From Antedon mediterranea (Eukaryota; Animalia; Echinodermata), in assembly GCF_964355755.1 (NCBI RefSeq), contig NC_092674.1:29822001-29886000 (forward strand): a DNA stretch of 64,000 nucleotides, in the 5' to 3' direction. Every line of letters begins with the position of its first letter. Position 1 is the stretch's first letter. A program made the position numbers and the translations under genes. The notes beneath the pieces are model-generated. The model was given only the letters and a program-made list of their open reading frames with translations, made no database searches and had not been told where the DNA came from. Below, piece by piece: positions 39,535 to 64,000 of this stretch.

Positions 39535-40512
39535 CTTATACATGTATTATACAGATATTGACTGCTTAGAGGTTAAATATAAGATTTGACATCCCCGAGG
39601 GAATGATATTAAGTTCGAGGGAATATATATTTCCCGAAGCGCCAGCTGAGGGAAATATATATTCCCCGAGAACTTAATATCATTCCCGAGGGGATGTCAA
39701 ATCTTATATTTAACCGATATAAAAGGCAATATCTGTTATATTATATAGCCAAGAACAAGTCTGCTGGGTTGGGTGAAGCTAGGCTAGGCCTCCTTCCTAT
39801 AGTATTTGTATTGTATTTAAACAAGCCTGCCTAGACACCTTACCTTGCGAAGAATAATATACAGATAATTACTAATTAATGATTCCTTGGCAATAAAATA
39901 TTCACTTAGGCCTAGGTCGTTGAAATTAACAGAAGAATTTCCATCAATAAGCCTATTAAAAATAATAATATTATAATCAGGTAGGCCTAGGCCGAATAAA
40001 CAATTCGTCTTCTTCTCGATCTTCGAGGAGCCGAATCACCGGATGTTCAGCGCGTACTAGTTGCTAAGTTACTACCGTGAGTATTGACCAATCACAAACG
40101 GTGTTTCATCACATTTAGGGTGGACTAATAACAAATGAGGGCGCTATGTATGCATAGTTTAAATAGTTTAGATGATTAATTTCTTCAAGCAAGCTACATG
40201 GCGCAGCGGTTGGAGCGTTGTCTTGCGATGGAGTGACAATTCCACCCGAGTTCAAGATCGAGTAGATGACTTTTGTTTATTTATCGGCAACGCGAGTGTT
40301 GGCACACGAAAATTACACAGTCAATATCATCGTACTCGAGAATCTATATGTTTAATGACAGGGGACACGATAATTACGCGAAAATTACACAGTCAATATC
40401 ATCGTTCTCGAGGATATATACGATTTACGATCCTCGCAGCGGTAGTCATGTGATGCAGTTTCAACCAATCACGTTCGCGTATTTACATAGGCTATGTAAT
40501 ATAAAGATATAT
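39535..40512. mobile_element. Unclassified element with a terminal long hairpin and asymmetric inverted repeats (Crypton-like non-autonomous architecture)
   Basis: 145-nt palindrome 39571-39715; TTATATTATATAGCC (~39737) is inverted relative to GGCTATGTAATATAA (~40490); internal direct repeat cgaaaattacacagtcaatatcatcg. Boundaries approximate. Confidence 0.5.
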
Positions 40513-41351
40513 TTAATCCCTCTCTCTAAAGTAGGTGTACTGTACCTGCTTGAAAGACACATTTATCAAAATTACATGTCTGCAGAATTTATAACATAAA
40601 CAACATCACAGGTTTAATGTCTTTAATCATGTGATATGTTAAAAGATGGGAAGCATTATTGAATGCTACCATCAACTGGGAATAGAACTGAGTCTTTTCT
40701 GCTTTATAAGCTGGCACTCTACCATTAGACCAATGCCATGGTATGTATCTTAGTTTTCTAACTAAGCTATATCGCATGTCTTAGTTTTCTAGATTTGCAG
40801 TTTTCACCCTCCATATGCTGTTCTTACACTTTTTGTTGAACAGGTAACATTTTAAAAAACATTTTTTTCGTTCCACTTCCTGATATGTTGAGATGAACCC
40901 TAACTGTATTTTCAACAGGTTGATATTACAGCTAGCCAAGATCAAAGATGCTGCTGCAGTGGTTTTTTTGTTGTTGAGGTGTTTCCAGTTTCAGCATAAA
41001 TAATTTAACTATTGCACTGTTATTGCATGGAGTAAAGTCACAATTCCTCTGTTAAAAAAACAAAAATTGGCATTACAAATATTGCAACTGTAGTGTACAG
41101 CATCTAGATTGTTTTCTTCCATTTTAAAAACCATCTTTAGCTGATTGGTTACTGGTAGCAGTGGCAGATCCAAGATTTTGAAATAAAGGGGATGGGGGTA
41201 GTAGGAGTGTGTGCTTGTCAAATTAAGTGATGAGCTTAACCTAATTTCCTATCTTTTGCATTGTTGTAATCTTTGTAATCAAAATTAGGGGAATCCCTTG
41301 GACCTTCCCATGAGAATTTCTTACCATATTGGCCCTTCCCCAAGTCATCCC

Positions 41352-42498
41352 CAGTGGCGTATCCAGGATTTTGAAGTTGGCGGGGCCGGGAATTGCCAAT
41401 TTGCCGACAAAATTGGTGTCATTATCTGTACATACACGACGTCTCTGATCAATATATGTTCTAGGATTACATAGTCATATTGTCTTATATGGGATAACGA
41501 TGCAAAATTAAAACCAAACCAACATTATCTGTTAGTATGTTGTATTCATATTACAATAAAGAAAGAATTAGGAAAATCTGACTTGTAGTTTTCGAAATAT
41601 AGGGTCTAAAACATCGCCGAAAATGATCGTTTTTAGCCACGAAAGAAGTAAAACAATTTGCGGCCTCAGTCGACAATTCTATTAACTACGCCATTTTTGG
41701 TTAAAATATTTACATATAATTACGTTTTTTAGTAATTTATTTTATATATCACCATTGGAAATATCAATAAAACATGTTATTAAATGCTTATAAAATATAT
41801 AAAGTTGTTTACTTAACGGAATTCGGGCAAATTCATTGCTCTAACTTTGTGTAGTAACGATCAGAGAGATTCATGCTACACGCGCGAGAGAAAACATTCC
41901 GCTGCGGGTGATTCACATCCACCAATCAAATCAGCTAGAATTCAAAATCATTCACCCGTGAGCAATGCCAATCGCGAGAAAGCTCAGCTTTGATTGGCTT
42001 ACGATGACATCATATCACAAAATGGTGGTTTTGTAGTTGAGCCTCACGGAATATTCTGTTCCAAAAATGAAATACATAGATATTTTTTGGTATATGTGCT
42101 TTTTCTTTAAAAATTTTGAATAATAAAGGCCTCATATCGAGAAAAAAAACGGGTTTTTGGCACTTATAATAAATATATCTTAGACAAAAAAGCACATGGC
42201 ATGTGGAACTATATAATCTTAGCGTAGGAAGACATACAAATCCCAGGTCATGAGAGGCTCACATTTTTTACCTGTTTTTGTTAGATGTAATGAAAATAAA
42301 AAATATTTGATCTGAAGGGATCAATGATATGATATGTAAATAAACAAACACTCAAAAGAATTATGTTTACAGTTCAATTATTGTCAGAATAAATAGTTTA
42401 TTTTTTTCCCCGGCACCTTTGTTTGCCGACGGCCGCGATGATGTGCCGACGGAAACAAAATCAGGGGGGGCCGGGGCCCCCCACTGGATACGCCACTG
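41352..42498. mobile_element. Non-autonomous hAT-like element
   Basis: Perfect 15-bp TIR CAGTGGCGTATCCAG; flanks gtcatccc and gctcatccc (near-perfect 8-bp TSD). Confidence 0.72.
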
Positions 42499-44332
42499 GC
42501 TCATCCCCATTCCCCTCCCCCCCCCCATGCCTCACTGCAGTACAGTAGTTATTAATCATTAATATGTAAATTGTACAGTCAATTCTCCCAATGCCTCGGA
42601 ATGTCTTTTCTTCTTTTTCAATGGTTACAAAATAGAATTTGGGACCTTTTAGACCTTATGAAAAGTCCTGTATTGGGAGAGTTGACTGTAATAAATTATG
42701 ATGCATTGCAGATCAATGTTGCTTCTGTTAAATCAATAGGCCTCTTGACAATCAGTGAAAACAGCTGTAGCATTTGTGATGTGGTCAACTGAATGCATTC
42801 TAACACTTGCCAATGGTAACAACTTGAAGTACAGTATTGTTTTGTCATTATTGTTCAATGATTGGAGAAAAATAATTATGGTTTTAGGGAACCTGTGGGT
42901 AAATGTACAAGGAAATTATTAAGATGTGGCAAACCACAGCTTGAACTTTATTAATCGGGTGTTTTTCTGCTGCACCAAAATTCCCGATAAATTCCACTTT
43001 TTTTGGCCATCAAAGGAGTGATACTGTACATTAAAAAAAGCACAAAAACTGTTGGATTGAAAATTTTGTTTAATTAATTTACAGTATTTTAGTGAAAATA
43101 ACAGAATTCAACAATGCATGTCACTTGTCTATCATATCAGCAAAACATAAAACCATTAACTGATTAAAAAAATGTTATTACATTTTTTAGTTTAGTTCAT
43201 AGTGTGAAAATATGTGTATTTAATGAAGTTATTCAATATTCAATTACCTACATCCATAAAACATGTCGTGTAAATAACATTTCATATTGTTTGAGTCTAA
43301 AGGGAATTTGCATTATGTATAACACTATGTACCATATTGTGACTGGTTAGGCTCCTCCTGAGTCAGCCTATGGTATATTCACAGTAGAACACCCCTGTTA
43401 AGGGGACACCTTCAGGACCCAATAAAGTGTCCTCCGTAATAGGGGTGTCCCTTGAATAGAGGTTGGCCATATAGTGCTAAAATATATACTTATTCCCCTT
43501 GTTTGTTTAATCGGAAAGTGTTCCCTGAAATAAGGGTGTCTCTTGAATAGTGTGACTCAAAGTGAGGGGAATATCTGTTCTCATACTACATGGTCCTCTT
43601 CAGAAAGAAGTGCATCATCTAGACTTGCAGTTATTGTCTTTTTTATTTTAGTACAGTCGGTGTTTCGATTTTTACAAGCTCAAATAGTGTACCTACGGAA
43701 CGCCATATGTGCCAAAATATTTATCTTTTTATTAATATTAAGTCAAAACTCCATCAGAGTCATAGACTATCAAACAACTTTTTTGTATGGGCTTAAGAAC
43801 TTGCAATCTTATTTGTCACAGCCCTTTGTAAAATATACACGATTAACTTCAATGAGCAAACATTAATTCTGATGACTTATGACTCATAAAATAATTGGTG
43901 TTTATTTCATTATTATCTTTATACAGTTGATGATGGCAGCGATGGTGTTATCCCAACGGACAAGAATAAGCCATGTTATTAGTAGGACTTGAGGATGACC
44001 TTTCCCGAGATCAAACTGGCTTCTTGTGGGTGGCGTGATTCAAACTTGTCCTAGTTTCTTGCAGCCGATCTATGAAGATTCTTAAATGACCGTTAAATCG
44101 CTAATTTTTCTCTACGCCAAATTCAAACCAGGAAATAATTGCTTGAGAATTCCACGAAAATGTTATCATTTTCTTTAACTGTAGCACAGGTAAAAATATA
44201 AATTATAAATCTATCTAAGTTTTAGAAATGCCTATAAAGAATGTAATAAAAATGATGGACCATATTTTTGGTTGTCAAGGATATCTATTGATTTTTTTAA
44301 TTTAAAAAGATGTAAAACTCCTGACTGATGTA

Positions 44333-44472
44333 AAGCTCTGTCTACCCTATCAAACTAGTTTGCCAAAAAAAGTATGATATGCCCAAATATGGTAGTTATG
44401 CCCAAATATAGTAGTGATATGACATCATCATGTCCAATATACAGGCACATTTTTGATAGTGTAGACAAGGCT
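44333..44472. mobile_element. MITE family A copy
   Basis: Left TIR intact, right TIR degenerate. Confidence 0.8.
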
Positions 44473-47400
44473 AGATTTAGATACGGTAAGTGAAATTACA
44501 AAAATATACCTACACTTTCTTCTATCATATAAAATATCACATTGTTTTTCTGCTGACACTGTTAATGTGTTTTGACTACAATGTTTCCTTTTACTCAATG
44601 TTCAATTTCCTTGATGGTTTTTCTTTCCACATTAAAAAAAGACATTAAAATCTGTTCCAGTTTTATTTTGGATATGAAGCGCCGTAATGCAATACATTAT
44701 GTTTTTCTAATTCATAATAGTTAAATAAAATTTGAATGGCAGGGATGTGTAAATATAAAATGTCTACAGACACATTAATGTTGAAAGACACATTTTCAAA
44801 TGCAACAAAAACAAAAGTATTAGCATGGTATTCTCGTATTTATAGCATGCCGCTTAGTTTAGATTATTAGAATCAACATATTTTTCACCGTTTAAAGATG
44901 CAATAGGTCCATATAGTACCTATTTTTACATAAAATGTAGTGAATGACCTTAAAATAGGTTGAAAAAACGTAGGACTAGTGGCTTTAATTAATGTTTAAC
45001 AACATAAACCAACAACAACAAAAGTATTATTATGGTACCAACCAAGGACCAGATCCCCAAAAAGGGTTTGAATCCTATCCATTTTGTGGTCTGTTGGCTT
45101 TGAAGTTTTAAATGTTGTAACAAAGCCAAAAAAATCTATTTATATTGAAAGACATTGAATAAACAATAGGCCAACTGGAAATAATAAACTGGCTATAATA
45201 ACAATACATTGTATAACAACATCTCCAGGGTTTTAAATGGTACCTTAATATCCAGGGGTGTCCGAACATTTTTGGTTCTAGGTTTCTAAAAGTATGGTTG
45301 AAGTTTCAAAATTGCTGTGGAATTTTCTGACTTTATATTTTTAGTTTTTTTATCATCCTTAATATGAAACACAGCTGGCTAAATTTTTTATGTACTCAAA
45401 AATAATAAGATGACGTATTTTACTGTGAATGACAACATAGGGAGTTGAACCCATACCTCTAGGAATGGTAAGCAATGTTCAGTGGTAGTGGTAGTAGTTG
45501 TACTACAGTACTTTGTAAACCGATATGAGAGGCTTACGTACGTACTTTCAAGTTTCAGGTAATGGAGCAGTTTCCGGTTTTAATTTATAGACATTTTATA
45601 TTTACACATCCCTGCCATTTCCAAGGAAAATACTTCCTTAAGTTTTCAAACACTATTCGTTTTATTTTCCTTGTGAAACAAATTAAAACTACCTTTGCAG
45701 ACATTCAAATACCATGTTTAAATAGAATAAATATCATTTCAATATCTAACCTATTTTTAGATTAATTTCAAAATTCTTTATGACGATAAATATATGGAAT
45801 GTTAAAGCAAATGGGCTGCTGCCATATTTAGGCAGCAGTAGGAGGTGGTGAGACATCAGCTGCTAAGAATAACAATACGAAAGCATGAATCATACTATTA
45901 TTTTTTAAAAAATAAGGAAAATATGATCTTTATTTTAGCAATTAACATGGTTTTTTTTATCACAAGTTCTTAAAAAGTTATGAGAAGCCTAGAATAATAT
46001 AAAACAGAATAGTAGACAGGATTGGTATGAACATGATTGGACAGGATTGGTATGAACAGGATTGGACAGGACAGGACAGGATTGGTATTATAAGCAATGC
46101 TATGTTGGTCTTCATTTTATGCTCTGTATTACTGTATGTGTATGGCATTTGATGTTTATTTAATTTGTTTATTGAATTGACGTAATTTAATGTGAACACT
46201 TTTTAGCGATACACGTTTAGAATTCAAGGTTCTTGCATTCATTCACAACAAAAATTTTCAGTTTAAAATTGTATTATATATTTCTAAAATTAGTCAATAA
46301 TCTGGTGTTATTCATACAATAAATTTATCACTTTAGCCTTGTCAAAACCATGAGAACTTCTCAGGTGAGACAGGTGTCATTATTAGTTCATGCTAAAACA
46401 AAATCAGCTGATGCAGTATGAATGCAATCTAACAACAGGTCACTGAGCTTGCCTTGCCAAGATAGGAACTCGTAACAGTCCTTTGATCTTATGTCTGGCT
46501 GAGACAAATACCAACAGTACTGTACCAAGAACATATTCTCTGTGGTGAGCAGTGTCTGTTAAGCGGCCACAGATAAACCCTTTGATATCCAGAGCTCAGC
46601 ATCCTATTATTTGATTGTATGCAATTAATGGGGCGTGTGTACATGGACAAAACTGTAGTTCCCAAGTAATTCAGGATACATTTAATGGATTTTCCAAGTA
46701 CAGTGGTCTTTTTTGTAACTCCAGCTTAGTAATCGAGATGCCCACCCGAAAGATACAGTACTTTACAATTAATTTACTGTGCATTGAGATTAATATACGA
46801 CAAAACCAATTGAGCATTTATTTTTTATAAAAATACTTTTATTTGATTGACTGGTACCCAACAACCTGTTATTTTGTACTTTTGATTCCCATAGCCCCTT
46901 ATTGAATATCTGTTAATATTCAGATAAATTTAAGTGAAGGCTGCTCTTTATCGGTTAGTTGGTTGAATTGTCTATGTAAACATCAAATACTGATGATTGC
47001 TTGTGTAAATAAGTTTAGGCAAATCAATTTACTGGAGCAGCAAAATTGCTGGTGTTCGCAAACAGTTGATGGTATACATGGATGTTTTGAGAAGGTGGCG
47101 TATGATGTTCACTTGAGCTGGAATCACAGGTTACGGACAATTTCAATTTAGTGTACTGGACACGAAAAAAACATTTGAAGAAACGTGTGCAAAAGCCACT
47201 TTTTGAAAATTGGTTTCAAAGAGTGGAAATCACTGAAAATGACTGCGTCTTGTAGTGCACTCTCTCATACAGTGTTAGAAACGGAGATCTTTAAATAAAG
47301 AAAACTACATTTATTTCAATTTTGATGCATTCAGCTTTTTTTATTCACCTATGTCTCAATGTAATCTTTTTAAACCAATCATTACTGATCGATTAAACCG

Positions 47401-47963
47401 AAGAAGAAGCAGCAACCACCAATAGAATAATTGGTTTTCTTAATTCTTGCAATGTCCATAACACAAACAAAACAAGCATTAATTATTAGTCCATGATGTT
47501 TTCAATCTTGCTGTTCCCATTTCCATGATCATATTCCATCCTCCGCCGGCATTTCCTTTGAGATGTATACTGCCAAAATCTGGAACACTCCGGCAATCTG
47601 GAATCCACAATCTTTGTAGAGTGTCTGTCCCGATTACCTAACTGCATTACATTACTGGTGTACAATCATGGAAGACTTCTTATGATGCAAACTATTCTTA
47701 ATTAACATAGTGGTTTACCTATTGCATTAACAAATTAATTTACAGAGGGGGAAGCTCAAACATAGTAAGAGACTTTGGGCTGTTGCCACAACCCCCACTA
47801 AGAATATTTTGGCATTTACAATTTGGTGTTTTAACGCCACCAATCTAACATATTGATACAAAAATCGAGATTTTGGAATAGAAAAAATGTTAATAGAAAA
47901 TAAATTTAACTAATGTATAACTACAGGTTTTGCTAGAAAATTACAACTAGTTGGGACAGACAT

Positions 47964-48372
<409 letters not shown>

Positions 48373-48961
48373 TCACAAAACATTATGACAAACAAAAGGG
48401 AAGTTAGGCTACCCTACTACCTGTATATTAATTACACTGGACTCCACACCCTCAAGAATAAATTTAAAATGTAGCTTACTTATTAGTAACGTTCATAACG
48501 GAAACGTATGAAATTAAAAATATTTTTAAAAAATGGTAGGACGAGGGAAAGAGGCGAGGCACGGCGATCCCTTACTTCCGCTTCCTACTTCCGGGTTTAT
48601 GAACCACCTGCTGCCTAGCCAAAATGCAACAAGGAGGATAGGCGATGAAAATACTGCAAGTTGCAAGGCATAAATTAAATCAAACAATTAGCAACAGACA
48701 GTTGAAAGCATATATTTAAAATTCACGAGTTTCCTACAAAGTTTTAAAAAGAATAGCGCCGTGTTGAGGAAGTTTTATCGAAAAGGGAGTGGCCCACCCA
48801 GACGATATTTTTTCGAAAACTTTTACAACGTGTGAGCATTCATTGAAAATAACAATACACTCTACGCCTATGTGGAACATCTTAACAATACCAGCATGTA
48901 CATCTAGAATTATTACTCAATATATATTCTTTAATTTATTCTTGAAATTGAAAGAAATTAC

Positions 48962-49110
48962 CTGATTTATCAGAAGGTGTCTGTCCGTCCTCCTTGGTCA
49001 GTTGATAAGCGAAGAATAGGAGAAAACGTATAATGTCGCTGTTTTACATGCCATGCGGTGATCTTTAAAATATGTGGGCGGGGTTAAACTGACATTAGCC
49101 AATCACATTT
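48962..49110 (-). promoter_or_regulatory. Beta-thymosin 5' non-coding exon and core promoter
   Basis: CAG|GTAAT donor at 48962; AT-rich TATA-like element ~49064, GC box gggcgggg ~49076, CCAAT ~49099. Confidence 0.55.
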
Positions 49111-50139
49111 CACTACCCTGGAGGAAGAAAACGTAACGCTCTGCTGATGAAAAGCAACCGTGAAATCAGGTGAGAGTCGAGTTGGCTGCTTGACTCTGTA
49201 GAAAACAAACAGCGAAACTTCCATTCATTTTCTTTCTATTCTATTTTATGCGGTTTTAAAAATGTGGACATACCAATTGCTTTAAAGAAGACAATTCGAT
49301 TGCGTCTGTTCTCACACACCACAAACTTTCAGGCTGTGCATGAATTATTGGAGGGCTGTTATAGGAGATGATCGGGGTGGTGGTAGCCTACTACGGAAGC
49401 GTTGCATATTTTATCTAGGAATAATTGGATTTTATCATTTTTATATTTATAAATTTAAGTAAAAAAGTAGAACGTTTTGACAAGAGAAACATAGAAAAGT
49501 TGTGTTGTTTGTCAAATCATTGTTTTTTGTACATTTTTTTCTCTAAACAGATGTGTGACGTGAAAATATTTTGAAATTTGGAACCAAAATTCGGTGGTGA
49601 CCAACCCGGTTGCATTATTTTTTCCTATCATTCCTCAAGCAGAAATTATATATTCTCATCCTACTAAAAAAAAGCGCAGTTAAATACGTCATTATGGTAG
49701 GCTAAATAAACTTTGAGAAAATTGTCGCATCATTTCCGTCGTCTCGGGGATACGCCGCTCGTTCAAATCAAAGTCAGAATTACTTAGCAATAGAAAATAA
49801 TAGACCTATTGTTCATTTTAAACTTTTTATTATATGATGTAAATGAAACCTTAATTGTATATGAATATTTATGGAATACAGAATGTCAGAAGGAGAGAGG
49901 GCAATATGTTAACAAATAATTCTTGTCCTCTCTTCTCATTCACAGAATCCAATGTATTTCTTTTGTTTGTGTTTGTATTTGAAATAAAAGTTGAATTGAA
50001 AATATTAATTTATCGCATCTTTTCACTGGCTTATATCATGGAGCAACACAATTTTATTAACGCAATAGTATTATTTCATGTGCATACAGCGATGCTGTCT
50101 CTGTATCTACTACCACCATGATCTTCGAATAAATAGTTG

Positions 50140-50545
50140 TGTCGCCCTCTATTATGTAGGAGTACAACGTCATCGATCTGGCGATTGGTGGGGCGCGCGC
50201 GTCATAATAACGGAACTGACGTATAATTTATGTAAACATTTTATGCTCGCGGAATAACATTTTCTCCAAATGATTGTTAAATATTCTCTATTAAGACATA
50301 CTTTAGTAATTAAAGTTACATATTAGTATAATATGAAATTAATTTATAAATATTGAATAATCAAATAATAATAAAGTCGTTACATATTTTGGTTAAAATT
50401 ACTTATTTTTGGAACTATTTTAGAAACGTAAAAACACGTCGGTGTGAGTGGTATCCCCTAATTTGCATAAGAAGAAAGGCATCATAAAGAAGGAGAAACG
50501 TTGTTGTGGTGTGCAGTCGAAAAATTGTAAATTTCTGTGGCCAAA
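50140..50545 (+). promoter_or_regulatory. OGT promoter and 5' UTR region
   Basis: CpG-enriched patch with ATTGG (CCAAT box) and ggggcgcgcgcg at ~50184-50201; octamer ATTTGCAT at 50461. Confidence 0.45.
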
Positions 50546-63890
<13,345 letters not shown>

Positions 63891-64000
63891 GTAAATATTT
63901 TTTTCTCTCTGAATTTTTTGAATTCTTTTTTTGTTATTTCGGTGAATTATAGTAATTGGAGATTTTCTAGTGTAGAACAAATAATTTGTGAACTTCCCTG

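Noticed and set aside
44134-44160. Resemblance to miR-137 (attgcttgagaat)
   Set aside because: Mismatches at the 5' seed end and the 3' end, and no complementary arm to form a pre-miRNA hairpin.

Overview
AT-rich, intron-rich animal genomic DNA. A deuterostome invertebrate such as an echinoderm is inferred from a Deu-domain SINE and the vertebrate-like OGT exon structure. Three protein-coding genes were assembled by hand from splice sites and codon phase. (1) A minus-strand TRIM-type E3 ligase (RING, B-box 2, coiled coil, long S/T-rich linker, extra Cys7-His cluster; 12 coding exons, 11671 to beyond base 1). (2) A minus-strand beta-thymosin (41 aa). (3) A plus-strand O-GlcNAc transferase (OGT; 14 exons from 50546, running off the right edge, one GC-AG intron), head-to-head with the thymosin. 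The rest is dense in DNA transposons: a defective Sola2-like element with ~0.93-kb TIRs, a Kolobok-like non-autonomous element, ~11 copies of one MITE, a triple-nested insertion in OGT intron 5, an unclassified element with a GA-mismatch hairpin, a tRNA-derived SINE and several minisatellites. The most interesting signals are candidate poison/decoy exons with a stop-restart configuration in the OGT intron equivalent to the vertebrate detained intron 4, and the strand-asymmetric hairpin element at 39.5-40.5 kb. All coordinates were read by eye and no database searches were run.
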